DNA of 61,109 nt, the filler included, from Piptocephalis cylindrospora (taxonomy: Eukaryota), in the NCBI GenBank assembly GCA_003614145.1. It is 7 parts of 7 records of this genome, joined end to end, with 100 filler letters (N's around TTAATTAATTAA, not from the genome) between each part and the next. Parts side by side here need not be neighbours in the genome. Positions count along the whole stretch, not along the records: positions 1 to 8,731 come from KZ988132.1; positions 8,832 to 17,509 come from KZ988133.1; 5 more parts are not named here. One strand, written 5' to 3'. How positions within the stretch are numbered: position 1 is the first letter of the stretch; every line of letters begins with the position of its first letter. A program made the position numbers and the translations under genes. Below the pieces are notes generated by a model. It worked only from the letters and a program-made list of their open reading frames with translations, was not told the DNA's origin and did not search any database. Shown piece after piece: positions 1 through 13,368 of the stretch.

Positions 1-4
1 GGCC

Positions 5-523
5 ATGGGAATTTCCAATATTCTCTTTCTTTGGTTCCCCTTCCTGCTACTGCACTGGACGGGCCTTGAGGTTTTTTCCTTCCCCGAACTATCCACCTTT
101 TGGAGTATCCTGTTTGTCGGGCTCCTGGGCGTCGTTTACAACTCACTCTTTATGGTATCGGTGGCCCTGGTAGGTCCGGTGGTTGCAGCGGTAGGGGTCA
201 TGTGCACGATCCCCTTGGTGACCCTGGTGGACTGGGTGGGCTTCGGCGTGCGACTGAGCTTTGGCGGCTTCGTCGGGTGCGCCATGGTGTGTGTAGCCTT
301 TGTCATGTTAACCCGGGCGTCCTCGGGAGAGGCCAAGGAGGAGGGGAAGGATGGGGAAATGGAGGCTTCCCTGCGTCAGGAGGAAGAGCGCACTATGAGC
401 GTAGGAGATTTTGTCCTCCAGGATGAATCAGAATCTGAGGATGAGGGGGAGGTAACTAAGGTGGGTGAGCTGGGACACTCCTCAGCCTCCTCCCCCCCCA
501 CCCATACGATCAAGAGGTCCTGA
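5..523 (+). CDS. EamA/DMT (SLC35F-like) transporter, C-terminal part (5' truncated)
   Basis: Four hydrophobic segments with an EamA-like 'ALVGPVVAAVGVMCTIPLVTLVDW' motif and an acidic tail; open to the window edge. Confidence 0.75.
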   Translation: MGISNILFLWFPFLLLHWTGLEVFSFPELSTFWSILFVGLLGVVYNSLFMVSVALVGPVVAAVGVMCTIPLVTLVDWVGFGVRLSFGGFVGCAMVCVAFVMLTRASSGEAKEEGKDGEMEASLRQEEERTMSVGDFVLQDESESEDEGEVTKVGELGHSSASSPPTHTIKRS

Positions 524-1842
524 TGAGCGGATGATGCAGAAGGATATATGGGAAGAACGTGACGGATGGTGCGGAGGAAAAAAGAGAGAGCAATGTATTT
601 ATAAATGTGACTGAAAATGTCTCTCTACCGTCGGGGATCCTCCCTCGATCAAGTGTCCGGGAGGACAGTAGGTAGATTGATGGACCATAGCGAGGCAAAG
701 AGGATTCGGTGACTTGAGGACACTCCCGTCGCCTCCACCTCTAATGTGTGTACAATCGTTGTCTAACGGGGGAGAGGGGAGGGAGTGAGTGTATGCTTTA
801 TTGCACACGCACGTACATATTTATGCGGGGCAAGGGGCATACCAAGACAACCAAAGCATCGTCATATTCCTGTAACAGTTTCTGAGGATCCACTGTGCTA
901 CCCTTGGTGGCAGTGAAGACCTTAGAGAGGTCCGACTGTTCGTATGCCTGGAGCAGTAGCTCCTTTACTATTCCAGATTCATTAGCATCGGGTAAAAGAG
1001 AGGTGGGGTGGATGGCATGTCCGTTGTTTCACCCTTTTCATTCCCCCATCCATGCCCTTCCAAGCTTACATTGTTGAAGGATATCCTTCAGCTCCACCAT
1101 GCCTTTCTGTACCGCTATCCATGATGCGACGGGAGGGGAGATGAATAGGTCAATGTGAGTCGTGTGTGTAGGTTCGTTGACAAGAAAGTGTTATTCCCGT
1201 CAATATGGAAAAAGTACACACGATCAGCCTCGAGGGTGGTGGCACGAATAATATCCGCTCCGGACTGACAAAGTTCATGCCATTTGGCTTCCCTAGTAAA
1301 GATGGGAGCGTGAGTGGTCTTGTGATCCTAAACCCTCTTCTCAAGGGGCTCATTCCTCGGTGAAGTGCCTACATGCTCTGAGAGAGCTTTAGTGAGTGCT
1401 GCTCAGGCTTGGAAGGAATGCTGGAGAGGGACAAGAGATAAACCTGGTGTATCCAGGTAACGAGTAGAGTCAGGTGTGTACAGGGTGGAGAGGAAGGATA
1501 TCTCAAGAGGCTCGGCTTCCTTTCCTCACTTGACCTGGCACTCAACTTGGACCTATCTATAGATCTGATTCGGGCTGAGGTACTCCGTCACAGTGCCACA
1601 CAGCCTCCGAGACACGGACTCTATAAGCATCATCGAACTCAATGGGGATCTCCCCCAGAACAAGAAAAAGACGAATTCCTGTATCCCTCTTTCCCTTCCC
1701 CATCCCCTGCATACCCATCCCCATCTACTCTTCTCTTTTTCCCCTGTTGATTCCTTTGAGTAAAGCCTATCTTTTCCTTTCTCTTTTCTCCATCCCATAT
1801 TTCCTAACTTCCCAGCTCAACCGCCCACCTCTCCTATCATCC

Positions 1843-2811
1843 ATGTCGTCCCCAAACATCCACCGTCTTGGGGATCACCAAAATTATCAGGCTTCTTCAC
1901 CGCCAGCAGCATCCTCCTACTTTAGCTCTTTTCGACAGCAGATGTCTGATTATGTGCGAAGACTGCCATTAATCAGTATCACCCTCCCATCCACCCTGTT
2001 TGCCGTCTTTCTTCTTTCCTGTTTCTTACCTCTGATTCCGGGTCTCGACGGCCTCGACCTCCCCATTCTCCTTGGTCTCTGGCCACGGAGGATTATCCAG
2101 AACAAGGAGATATGGCGCATCTTCTCCTACCCTTGGGTCCACGCTAACTTGCCTCATGTCCTCTTTAACATTCTCGCCCTTACCCCGCTCATCCAGTCCT
2201 TCGAACGGTCCAATGGTACCCTGAAGACTCTATGGCTCTTCCTCATCCTTCCCTACACCCTCTTCCCGGCTGTCCTTTATCTTGGTGCGGCCTACGGTCT
2301 TTTGCCAGTACTCATAGATTCGGTGGTCGTCGGGGCCAGTGGATGGTTCTTCTCCATGCTCGTTTGGCAATCTTACCGTGTCCCGCACTTTTCCGTCTTT
2401 GGCTTCTTCCAGGTCTCCTCCCATCTTTATCCCCTCTTTCTCCTCCTAATACTCAGTATCCTCATCCCCTCCTCATCCTTTTGGGGTCATGTAGCCGGTT
2501 GGGCGGTCGGTCATCTCCATGGGTATGGTGCCCTCGGTTGGTGTATTCCCAGAGGCTACTATTTTGAGCGTATCGAGGGTTGGTCCTTGCTCGAACGACA
2601 GATCGTTCATTCCTCTCGTTGGGTCAAGGCTGAGGTCGACGGTGGTCTTTGGCTACCGGTCAGCGCTGATGGTACGGGTCCCGGCGTAGGGGGATCTGCC
2701 TCGTACGGAAGTGCTTTTGGCCAGTCTTTACTCGGGAACCCCTCGGGTCCACCTGGTCATGCTCCCTCTGCTTTTCCTGGTCATGGCCAACGTCTTGGTG
2801 ATACTTTATGA
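1843..2811 (+). CDS. RBD2: Rhomboid intramembrane serine protease, Rbd2-like, with C-terminal SHP box
   Basis: EIWRIFSYPWVH, H-x4-HVLFN, catalytic GASG and GHVAG motifs; C-terminal FPGHGQRLG; first ATG at 1843. Confidence 0.85.
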   Translation: MSSPNIHRLGDHQNYQASSPPAASSYFSSFRQQMSDYVRRLPLISITLPSTLFAVFLLSCFLPLIPGLDGLDLPILLGLWPRRIIQNKEIWRIFSYPWVHANLPHVLFNILALTPLIQSFERSNGTLKTLWLFLILPYTLFPAVLYLGAAYGLLPVLIDSVVVGASGWFFSMLVWQSYRVPHFSVFGFFQVSSHLYPLFLLLILSILIPSSSFWGHVAGWAVGHLHGYGALGWCIPRGYYFERIEGWSLLERQIVHSSRWVKAEVDGGLWLPVSADGTGPGVGGSASYGSAFGQSLLGNPSGPPGHAPSAFPGHGQRLGDTL

Positions 2812-3295
2812 TTCCCTTGTCTTCCTATCCGTTGTTTGTCTATCTGCCTTTGTGGGGCTTGGTGGTGTGAGGGAACGAAAGAGAAGGAGAGTAAGGGCTT
2901 TGCTTCCTTGGGTCATTTACATGCTGAGAGGATGTACATTCGATTTGCGTAATCCTCGTATCTTTGTCACCCCAGATGTATTGGAAGCGATAATACCCTG
3001 CGGGCATGTCCGAGCGTCTTCCGGCTCTAGCATGATTTCCTATGAATGTTGAGTGGAAGTTAAGAATGAACTGAATATTTCCTTCAAACGGTCAAAGATA
3101 ATCATGAAGAGCTTATGTATGGAATCCTCTAGATGATTTGAGCATGGTAGGCCTTCGAATTGAATCCTGATAGTGGTCATGCGGACTTTAAATCGTGGTC
3201 TTGCGATGTCTTACATCGTGTCCGATCCGAGTGTATCCTGTGACGACAGCGTTTCCTTTACTTTATTTCTCTTCCAAGACGCTTTGGTTAGTGCC

Positions 3296-4575
3296 ATGTT
3301 CTCCACCTCCATCGCTCGGTATCAGCCCTGTGCATCGCCGTATCCGGGCCAAAGACCACATTTTAGTATTATTCATGCTCAAGATGTCCAAACTGGCACC
3401 TTTGCAGTCTTGAAGCCCATGTCACTCCAGGGCCCTAGACACGACCCGTGCGACCAGACCAACTCTCCTATATCACGAGAGGTCGAGATCCTTTCGCAAC
3501 TTCCTCCTCATCCTCATGTAGGCTCCTCAGCGGTTTCTTTTCTCTTTCTCTCTCTCTTTTCCAGTTCTAATATCCTGATGTCCCTGATAGGTTATTGAGC
3601 CCATTGAAGTCCTGGATCATCTCCTCATCTTACCTCTAGCTATTGGTGACTTGGGAACGTGGATTAGGGACGGGCCTAGGGACAACTCCTACTTTGTAGA
3701 TAAGGATGTCCTTCTAATTGCTGTACATGTTCTTCAGGGCCTAGTGTTCCTCCATTCTCACGGGATCATCCATCGGGATATCAAGCCTTCGAATCTTCTA
3801 CTTCTCCCCACTGGACGCATTGTCCTGGCCGACTTGGGCCAGGCAACAAAAATGCGCCGTCAGACCATAGACTCTGAGGATACAACACCCCTGTATACTC
3901 CAGAGCAGGGCACCATGTAAGCCCCCATAACCTTATAATCATCCCTTAATTATAAGCCTTGATCTCATGAAATATCTTCCATCTTCTTAGATCTTATCAA
4001 GCTGTAGAGATACTCCTTGGAGCTTCGAATTACAGAAAAGATGTAGATCTATGGTCGTTGGGGGTGACCTTGTATACCTTACTTCATGCTCATGATCCCT
4101 TCCCTGAAGCCGATCAGGGTGTCTTGTCCCAGATCGCTGCTATATTCCATACCCTAGGAACGCCTGACCCTACTCAATGGCCCGAATTTTCCCAGTGGAT
4201 GCCGCAGGACTCCCTTTCATTGTATCCTCACTCTCAGAAACCTCTCCACCATCCCTCCTTTGACCCTTCTCCCTTAACCAAGACCATCTCCGGTTTGATT
4301 CGCCTTCGCCCATGCGAGCGTCCTGATGCCCAGGAGGTGAGTAGTATCATTCCTAGTTTTATCTCTGATAGGGTGCCTCGTATTCATCATCATTCCCTTA
4401 CGATGAATAGGTCCTGGACCAACTCTTGGAGCATGTAAACCTCTCGACACGCTTCTCTCCTTCAGGCATCAGCTCAGTGTCCACATGGATGAACAATGTC
4501 ATGACCGGGCCCTCCACGTCTTCATCCAGCTCCTCATCGGCCCCGCATGAGCCCAATATTCTACGCTTTTCTTAA
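3296..4575 (+). CDS. Divergent CDK-related kinase (Csk1/Cak1/CDK20-like), 3 introns
   Basis: Spliced ORF gives AVLK, REVEIL, HRDIKPSNLL, LADLG, GTISYQAVEILLG, DLWSLG and IFHTLGTP..QWPEF; introns approx 3518-3589, 3917-3990, 4336-4410. Confidence 0.8.
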
Positions 4576-4812
4576 TCATCCTCTGTAGGCCATAATCGTT
4601 ACCCTTTCTATCCTAAAACGGGTATAATCACACATTATACTTGCTTGTATTTCCAATATCCTTTCCACTACTTGCCCTTTGTCCTATGCAAAAGTCCAAT
4701 CGACCCTTGGAGTCTAGCCTCTTTTTATTCATTATCTTGGAGAGCGACTCATTACTCTCCTTAAAACATGGTCCCTAACATTATGAATATTGAGTAGCAA
4801 GGAAAATTAGTC

Positions 4813-7015
4813 TTACACTCTCGTCTCTTTCTCCTTCCCCCCCTTCCCGGAAAAAGACCTACGCTTAACAACGGCTTCACTGGGTCGATGCTTAAAGGTA
4901 AAGCCAACAAAGGCCCCCCGGGGAATTTCCTTAGCTCCAGCCGTGTCTCCCTCTAGCTGCTTCTCTAGCTCCTCTTGCTTTCTCCACACATCCGCGTAGA
5001 TCGTCATATCATTCTCGTTGGAAAAGTCGTCGAAGTAGTGCACATCCTCCTCATTCTCTAGATCCGGCACAAAGGGTGGCATCTCCCGTTCCCGAGGGTT
5101 GTCAAAGATAAAATGACCAAAAAACGGATGCCGCCGGGCCTCAGAAACACTTGATAATCGATCCTCTCGGGAGGTAATGAGCCGTGTAATCATGTCCCAG
5201 GATTCCGGGGTCAGGTTCTCCTCGGCAATGGCATGTTCAAAGGTTGGGCGAGCAAAAACAGACCTCCATCTCGACACATTGGTCCATACTTCCTCCGAGG
5301 ACGCGCCTCCAAAGGGTGGGTATCCTGCGAGCATTTCAAAGAGAATACACCCACAACTCCACCAATCTACTAGACGGTCATATCCGCTAGAGTCCAGGAT
5401 CTCTGGGGCCATGTAATCCGGTGATCCGACCATTGAGTAAGCCTATCCAGTAGTATGGGTGATGAGAAGACAGAGATAACTTGGGTGGAAAGGTCGTGTC
5501 GAGAACGCTACTTACCCAAGAGCGATCTTCTCTCCGCACGGTTCTATGAAGTCGACGCCTTTCCACTGAGGATCTCATCACTAGCTCCTTATCCTTGAGC
5601 TTATCCAGCTATTGGGGAGGGCAAAGGGGTGGGTCAGGGACCATGAGCACCTAAAGTACTTTCTTCTGGTGACCTTCGAATCTCTTCCTAGACCATTGAG
5701 GAAGATACATACCTGATGGCGAAGACTCTCAATGTGCGCCTTTTGAACTGATCCAGTACTCAGGCCAAAGTCAGTAAGCTGGATGTGACCCCGGGAATCT
5801 ACGAGAAAGTTCTGATGGGGAGAGGGGAGCGTATGAATATGAGTCACAGTTCATCTCTTACTGTGCGCTCATTGTCGCGGGAATGACACTGGGTATCCTT
5901 CTCGGTCATGTGTCTTTACCCACCTCTGGTTTAAGATCCCGGTGAATGTAGCCTAACTTGTGGAGGGAATCCACGGCGATTAGCATCTCGGCCGCGTAGA
6001 AACGGGCATGTTGGTTCCGGAGAATACCACTCGAGTTGAGTAATGACCGCATATCTCCACCAGGTACAAATTCCTAGGACAGTGATAATCCCCAAAGAGT
6101 GAGAGACGGGTAACCTTGTACCCATTCCTCCCCCATAGCATTGACCGTCAAGACTCGCGCTCGCACCACTTACCATGGCAAGGTAGACGTGATCGGGATC
6201 TTGAAAGGCATAGAGAAGTTTGACCAGCCATGGGGATTTAGAGGCAGTTAGTACATCTCTCTCCGTGAGGATATGATCAATCTAAAGTAGGTTGGTACGT
6301 GCATTAGTCTGATTTGACTCGATCTGCCCTCTCTCTCTCTCTTTGTCGAACAATTTACCTCATTAAGCTTGGTGAGGAGGCGCTTGCTCATCTTTTTTAG
6401 CGCGCACACTTCCCGAGTGTCTTTCTTTCGGGCTAAGAAGACTTGACCATAGCCTCCTTGACCAATCTGAGCTAGAACAGTGAACTGGTTGGCGGCCGTA
6501 CGGACCCTACGTTTCCTCAACAGGGACCTCTCCTTCCCTAGATACAACTGCCATTCAGCAGAAAAGGCCGCGCCTTCCACTCCACGGGATTTGGTGTCTT
6601 CTCGGAATTTGCTTAGCCTTTGCCTGCGCTTACTTAGATAATTCAACAGGTCGACATAGTAGTCAAAAAAGTATAGTTGAGCTGCTTGGCATCGACGACG
6701 GGTCATCGCACTGACCTCCTCAGTCACCCCCACCAGACCACTGCTATCTGGGGAAAAGGCAGGTTCGGACCGAATAGAAATGTCGCTGAGGGAGGCCTCA
6801 ATGGACATATCCGCCGCATACTTGATTCTCTTGCGCGTACCATGGGCAGCCAAGGAGGGATCCATGAAGCTCCTGCGGCTATTAATGCTCATATCCAGGG
6901 AATCATTGGTCTGGGAGAGGGAAGATATCTCGTCATGCACCTCATCCTCGTGCTGAGTCGCCCGAGCTCCCATAGTTTCCGTCACCTGCTTGGCTATGGG
7001 GGTGTCCTGTGTCAT
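4813..7015 (-). CDS. DBF2: NDR-family kinase Dbf2/Sid2, multi-exon
   Basis: [13 protein letters not shown]-terminal regulatory region, [57 protein letters not shown] tail FVGFTFKH. Confidence 0.92.
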
Positions 7016-7797
7016 GGTGGGCGAGGAGAAGTCGATGGGGGCAAGGAGAGAAAGAGGGCGTGCGATGAAAGGCTGGGGGAAAGGACGTGGGAGAGAAGGT
7101 GCTAGGGGAAGAGGTGAACAATGGAGGGAGGCTTTTAAGTGTGCGGGAGGGACCAGGCGCACGATAGGAGAATGGACGACGGAGTGGACGCGCCTCCCTT
7201 GGTGACGTGCATGGGCATTCGCATCATGATGCGTCCATTCGACAGCGAGCCAACTCCGCTACGTGTCAAGTCCGCTCTTCCCACCCAAAAGCCCCCTGAT
7301 GATTACCTGATGTGGGAGGGTGTGGTGAAAAAAAAGATCGACGTACGCATGTGCTCTCCCTTTGCTCGACTGTTATGGTTATGGACCATTGATATAGCCT
7401 GCTTCCCAGCAGTACACGGGGAGCTAGTCGAGCATCCCTGAAGGCTTAATGACATTGGCTTTTGGCTTCCTGGGTTTGGTGTCTTTGGGGGATGGTAGTG
7501 TGGTCATACCTTCTAGCTAGATGTGTGAATTGCTAGATGGTTCCTGGGAAGATTCCACATACAATGGTTAATGATTTGGTAGCTCTATTCTTCCTTGGAA
7601 CATACATGGACTCGCTAACAACATCCCCCATTAGATATCCTGTGCTGTATCAAACAAATGTAATGTGGGTAGATTATATTCAGCATCTTGGCCCAAGAAG
7701 GTCAGAGCAGCCTTTTCTTTTTTCCTCTTCTCTTCTCCCCCCTTCTCTCGTTACTGTGCTGGCCAAGCGCGATCGATCGATCAATTCCAAAAATCCA

Positions 7798-8731
7798 CTA
7801 CTCCACCTTATCCCCCACCTCACCATTCTTTGCCTCAAGGGCAGCTTCCTCCTTGACGGCATCTGATGTAATTTCCAACAGAGTCTTTTGCATGATTATC
7901 CGGGTCCTGTCGGTCAGGTCGGTAACATCCTCTGGAGTTAGGCCCTTGGTGGAGATCGGAGGCAGAGCTATGTAGATCACGATAGAGTGTCATAAAGAAG
8001 CGGATGTGTGGGTGTGAGTAAAAAAAAGCAGGATTATCCCAGAAAACGTAATGTCCAAAGGGAAAGGGACTCAATACCTCCCCTTCTTCCATACTAGCAC
8101 TGACCTCGGATACGAATGGTCCCACCAGGGAAACTTTTGCGTGTGGTGGAGTAAACATCATCGTAACTGGAAACCACGACGGGGATGATAGGGACCTGGG
8201 CTTGCTGGGCCAGATGGAAGGCGCCTTTCTTGAATGGTAAGAGGCCACATTTGAGATGACCACGCGTCCCTTCCGGGAAGATCACTACAGACACCTGCTG
8301 CTCCCGGACGGTTTCGGCCGCATCTGCAAAGGTGGAGATGGCCTTGTCTCGTCTGGCTCGGTCAAGGAATATAGTGCGAGCCAGGATCATGTAGAAGCCA
8401 AGTAAGGGGTAGAAGCGGATGATCTTTTTGGCAATGATCACGGAATTCTTGGGCATGATCAGCGTGAGAGGAATGACGTCCATGGTGCTTTGATGGTTGC
8501 ACACAATGATCCCCACCTGATCCCGCAGGTGCTCCTCTCCTTCCATGATGAGCTCGACATTCAAGAGGGGTGGGATGATATATGAGGAGAAGCGAGCATA
8601 GTAATAGTTGATGTCCGTCCTCCGACCAAAGAGAGTGGCGACCATGGCGATGCCCACCCCGACGAACGAGACGAAGCCAACGAGGAGAAGGGCAAGCGCG
8701 GATTTGGTATAGTAAGGGGACTTATGGTGCA
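7798..8731 (-). CDS. SLC1: 1-acyl-sn-glycerol-3-phosphate acyltransferase (5' truncated by contig end)
   Basis: NHQSTMD (HX4D), FLDR, FPEGTRG, LLPFKKGAFHLA; one intron near 8103-7977. Confidence 0.92.
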
Positions 8732-8831
8732 NNNNNNNNNNNNNNNNNNNNNNNNNNNNNNNNNNNNNNNNNNNNTTAATTAATTAANNNNNNNNNNNNN
8801 NNNNNNNNNNNNNNNNNNNNNNNNNNNNNNN
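8732..8831. other. Artificial contig linker (N44-TTAATTAATTAA-N44)
   Basis: 100-nt spacer with a six-frame stop 12-mer. Confidence 0.98.
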
Positions 8832-8916
8832 CGACCTCAGCTCCCAAGACTGCTAGTCCCACCACTCCCCCAAACACGAGCTTCCTCCTTGTCTTCCCTC
8901 TTAAAATAATACTCAC

Positions 8917-9581
8917 CATATACCAGCCAGGTTCATGCGTTTTTGATGAATCCGGGCCATAAGCTCAGGGCATTCCTCTTCATCTACCCCGGTTTTCTTG
9001 TCCATATTCCCTGCCGAATGGGCTCCCTTCACCTGGACCCTCAGAAGCACTTTGGCCTGGGGATATACATTGGATATTTTATCAATCTCCTCGAGCGAGT
9101 CCAAGGTCATCAATTCCACGCCCTGGACATCTGCGTACCTGATGTGATCGGGTTGCTTGATGGGGTTGGCAAAGATGATCTGATCGGGTGAGGTACCGGT
9201 CTCAAGTATTGTACGAATTTCCTCCTTGGATGCGCAATCAAACCCGATCCATGGACCTTCGCCTTCATGCTTGAACCGGACAAGTTCATCGAGCAGGATA
9301 GGGTCTGAATTGCACTTGACGGCGTAGAAAGGAGTCACCATGGGGAGATGCTTATACCATAGACGAAGCTGTTGACGCACCTTGGCTCGGTCAATGACGA
9401 AGAAAGGGTCATTTATATCCTGGAGGCATTCCTTCTGTATGCGCCTCATCACGGATGGTGGGATGGACGGGATGAGAGAGGCCTCGTCATTCTTGGGTAA
9501 TGGCCCCAGTGGACTGGCCATGCCCATGGACTTTTTTGGAGAGGCGATCGGGGCGCTTTGTACGAAATTTTCGACTGTCAT
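8917..9581 (-). CDS. SPE1: Ornithine decarboxylase, first exon (3' part lost at contig end)
   Basis: PFYAVKCN (PLP lysine), GFDCASKEEI, IIFANPIK; GTGAGT donor after LAGI. Confidence 0.9.
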
Positions 9582-12500
9582 GGCTATCTTGAGGGACTGG
9601 ATATAACAGTTCGGTTGTTTTTAGATGATATGATAAACAGGGATGAGGGAGGCTAAGCGGATGGGGATGTGAACTTGGAATGTATGATGAATATTGGGAC
9701 CAAGTTGAAGCCATTTTATTTATAAGAACATGCCCTTTTCTTTCATTCCCTTTTCGAAATCCCCATGATAAGAGAAGTCATGTGGACCGAGTTCGTCGTG
9801 AAAGTATTGAAGCAATTAAGAAAATTATGAAAAATTCTTATCAACCCTGGAAAAGTGAGACGAAAGAGAACCCTCAAATCCCCTAAAGGTATGTGAGGAG
9901 CCTCACCTCCAGAAGCACAGGGGAAAGGTCTCTTCCAGGGCTCTGGATATGCCACCCTTGCTAGATATCTCCTGTCGTCCCCTTAAGCCAGGAAACGAAA
10001 ATCCACTATAAACGTATATCTGTCATGACCATCCTGTCTGACCATCCCTTGTTTATATATGATCAGCGAGGCACATCAACCACTAGAACATGCTACTCAC
10101 TTGATCCTATGCTCCTCTTTCGCATCATGAGTTGCTCTGGAAGAGTCAACAGCTGACAAGGCATATCGTCATTGCGAATGAAACATGATCCACTCTAAGC
10201 AATGTGACCCTTTCCCCCAGCTAACCAAGTTTGCCTTAAACTCCCCTAAACCCCCCTATCACTTGGACCCCTCCCAACCATTTGCAACCGCAAAGGCGGA
10301 AGGCAATGCGATAGTCACCATACATTTACACACAATAACCTTTGAGATATCACAAAGCGAGTTTCCCAGGGGTAACCATCCATGAACCCGGCACCACTCG
10401 GGTGATTCTTAAAGCATGGGCCGCTCAGGCGCCCTATCACTAAATCCATGTGTTTTGTTCAGGGGATAGGCATGGGTACCACCCTTCCTTTTACCTAGGA
10501 TATTTCCCATACACCCCCGCCAATGGTTATTCATGTTACATAATGTAGGTCTTGTAGTCAACACCATGTGCTGCCTGACCTTTTCGATGACCCCCAGGAG
10601 GATTTAGCGCCATGGGCTTTTCAGGACCCCCTTTTTATCCTTAGACATGGAATAAGATACTGATCCCATGCATATGTTCCTAGCACAGAGGAGGAAATGA
10701 GAGACAGAGAAAACGATGCTCCCAAAGTAGAATTCGACCTGCAACAGAGCCCCCAGGAGGTATGTCAAGGCCTCTACAGAGGGTATCATGGGGTAAGTAT
10801 ACTACATCGCTCCCAAACTGACAAAGGCGTGCTTAACCAGATAGCCGATAGCGGCATTGCTTGTAATAATAGCGAGTGTGCTCAAATGGCCTAATCTCAC
10901 ACAAGATCTTTAGGGATAGGGCCTCGCACCAAAGGAAGATGTACCAACTGATTGGTTCAACCCAATGTGAAATGCATGGTAGGTCGAAAAGAGTGCCGAC
11001 ATCAACCCCGCCAGCGGTATATTTCAAAATCCTCATAGGAAAAGGTGTATTCACAGTCAGACCTGAAACCAGCCCAAGATCGTCCTCTTAATCGTTATGT
11101 ATCCTCTTAAATCCAGTTCACGAGCATGTATCCTTACATTGCATTTGTCGCCGCCTAGTTCTGTTCTAATAGAGGACGCTCATGCTTCGTTTGAACGGCG
11201 GGAAGCTCTTAGGCTGCATGAATCCTAAGGATGATTAAGAGGGGGAAGGGAGGAAAGAGAGCTATGGTGTTTAGGGTTTAACAAGGTACACAATCGCTCG
11301 CTCCCCCCTCCTCCCCCTTTTCTCCACGATTGGTGTTTTTGACCGCCTTAATACCGCTTTTGTCCGACCAGTGAGAGGATGAAACTCACTTGTACTTTAC
11401 CCCTTCCTTTTTCCTCTAAATTCTCCTCTATTGGGGCCCAAAGAAAAATGCATGAGTCCATTTTTGTTCTTCAACATAGCTAGTTTCAATAAATGAGGCG
11501 GTCTTCTGATAATCTCTTTGGTCAGTCTGCGTCCCGTTTCCAAAGAACCAAACATCATTTCTTCGCCTCCTCCGGGATTCACTGATTCACGCTGGCGTGT
11601 GACATACTTCACGTTGTTACATCATCCAAAATCAGCCTAGTCGATGTGCTGTATAGATTTGTTACGACTAACAGGCTTTAAGTAGGTATGAAACCCTTCT
11701 CCGTGCAAGTAAATACCCCTATTTAGGGAGATAATGTATTTTTTAAAATCATCTATGATTAGATATTGTTTTGATTTACTCTCTCTCGGGACACATAAGA
11801 TGATGATATGAGGTTAAACTGACAATTTTTTTTATCGGTTCTACCGATGATAGCTCACGAGTTGACACCCTTTCGGTGTGGCTTGCCCTATCCCTTTCCA
11901 TGAGGCTCTCACTACTGTTTATCTTAGCCCAGTCAATAAGGCTGGCGGTGGCAGTAGCGGATTTCATTCAGGGCATATGATGGGCGAGGAGGGAGGAAGT
12001 GGTGGAGTGGCCACGGCCGTTACATCTGAAGAATATCCGGTTTCTCTTACGTTCTATCTAGAGAGGTGGAGATCAGAAAGGTGGATAGATACACAAGATC
12101 GTTTCATCTTTGGAAGACTGGTGGGTGAGAGAAAGAGTAGGGGAAAAGGTGGGGCTCACGCGTTTCAAAACACGCCTTTGGATGAAATTACCTTTATCCC
12201 TTGATGCTTTCACCACTACGACTCTCCCACCTTCCCCTACATATTTACTCCTGTCTTCCCCAATGGGCCAGATTGATTGCTGTCGTTGCCAAAAGTGTGT
12301 ATTATCCCTAAGGCAGATTATATTTCACAACCTTTCAGACCACCTCATCTAAAAGGAGGTAGTAGGAGCCTGGTATACTTGAACAGTAACAGCACATTTA
12401 GATGGTCACCAACGAGGCTGGCGACAGCCACAAAAAATTAACTGCCTTTAGGGAAGTAGGAGGGTGAATGGCATAGAGATGGTGGCTTGGTGGCCCAGGT

Positions 12501-13368
12501 TACACCGTTAATCATTGATGGCATCACATGGATGTTTCATTCTGATGGGCACCAGCAAAAAGGAAACTCTCTGTATCGATACTTTTCTTGTTATGCCAAG
12601 GCTGATATCATACCCACTCACCTTGAGCGGCAATTGTGCTAATACTTAGTGCTAGTGCTACAAAGACTGAGTAGATTATTATCAATAGTGAGAATGTTTA
12701 GAAGCTCTTCTGCACTACATCTGGAAGAAGATGGGCCAACACCACTCCCCTCACGACTGGTTTTTAGACTCCGCTTGGTCAATGAGACTCTAACATTCCC
12801 ATATCACTCAGACCAAAGCTCCGCCTAGTGCCCCATTCAGAACCGGTGTATCGGAGTTCTTGCCCTTTCTACCCCGCCCCACCGCCAACTAGCCCTCACA
12901 CAGTAGATAATTAAATGCAAAGCGGAGTTTGAAATGCATGAGAGTGGGATGGACTGGGACCTGATCTTCTCCGCCTCCTCCCATCCCCTCCACCTCCTCT
13001 ATAAAGGCCACACCTCCCCCTCGTCTCACCCCTCCATCTACAATGTCCTACATCTCCCCCGTCCCCCAACTTGTCTTCCTTCTAAGCTTCCTTTCCCCTT
13101 TCTTCTTTCCTCTTCGCCTTGAAGGCTTTCCACCTCGTTTCCCCCTTCTCGTTTTTGTCTTTCTGCTGAGCAGAGACACCGGCAATTCTTATCGCCACAA
13201 ACACTCCGTAAATCTTCCCACTCTTCCCCCTTCCGCTCTTCCCCCACTCTTGCTCCTCGCTTCTTCCCATCCTTTCCCCCTTTCCCTCTCACCATTCTCC
13301 CGTTCAGCTAGAGAACCTCAGACAATCCCCTTTTCATCCACCTTTGTTTTTGCTCGATCATTGCAAGT

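Noticed and set aside
9582..9730. Polyamine-sensing non-AUG uORF upstream of ODC
   Set aside because: The leader is short; no frame ends in a PPW or similar stall motif; the ATG at 9714 abuts the TATA box and is probably not transcribed
10600..11100. Possible Fanzor/TnpB C-terminal relic (CNNSEC...FRDRA)
   Set aside because: Motifs lie in different short frames; no RuvC D or E motifs found
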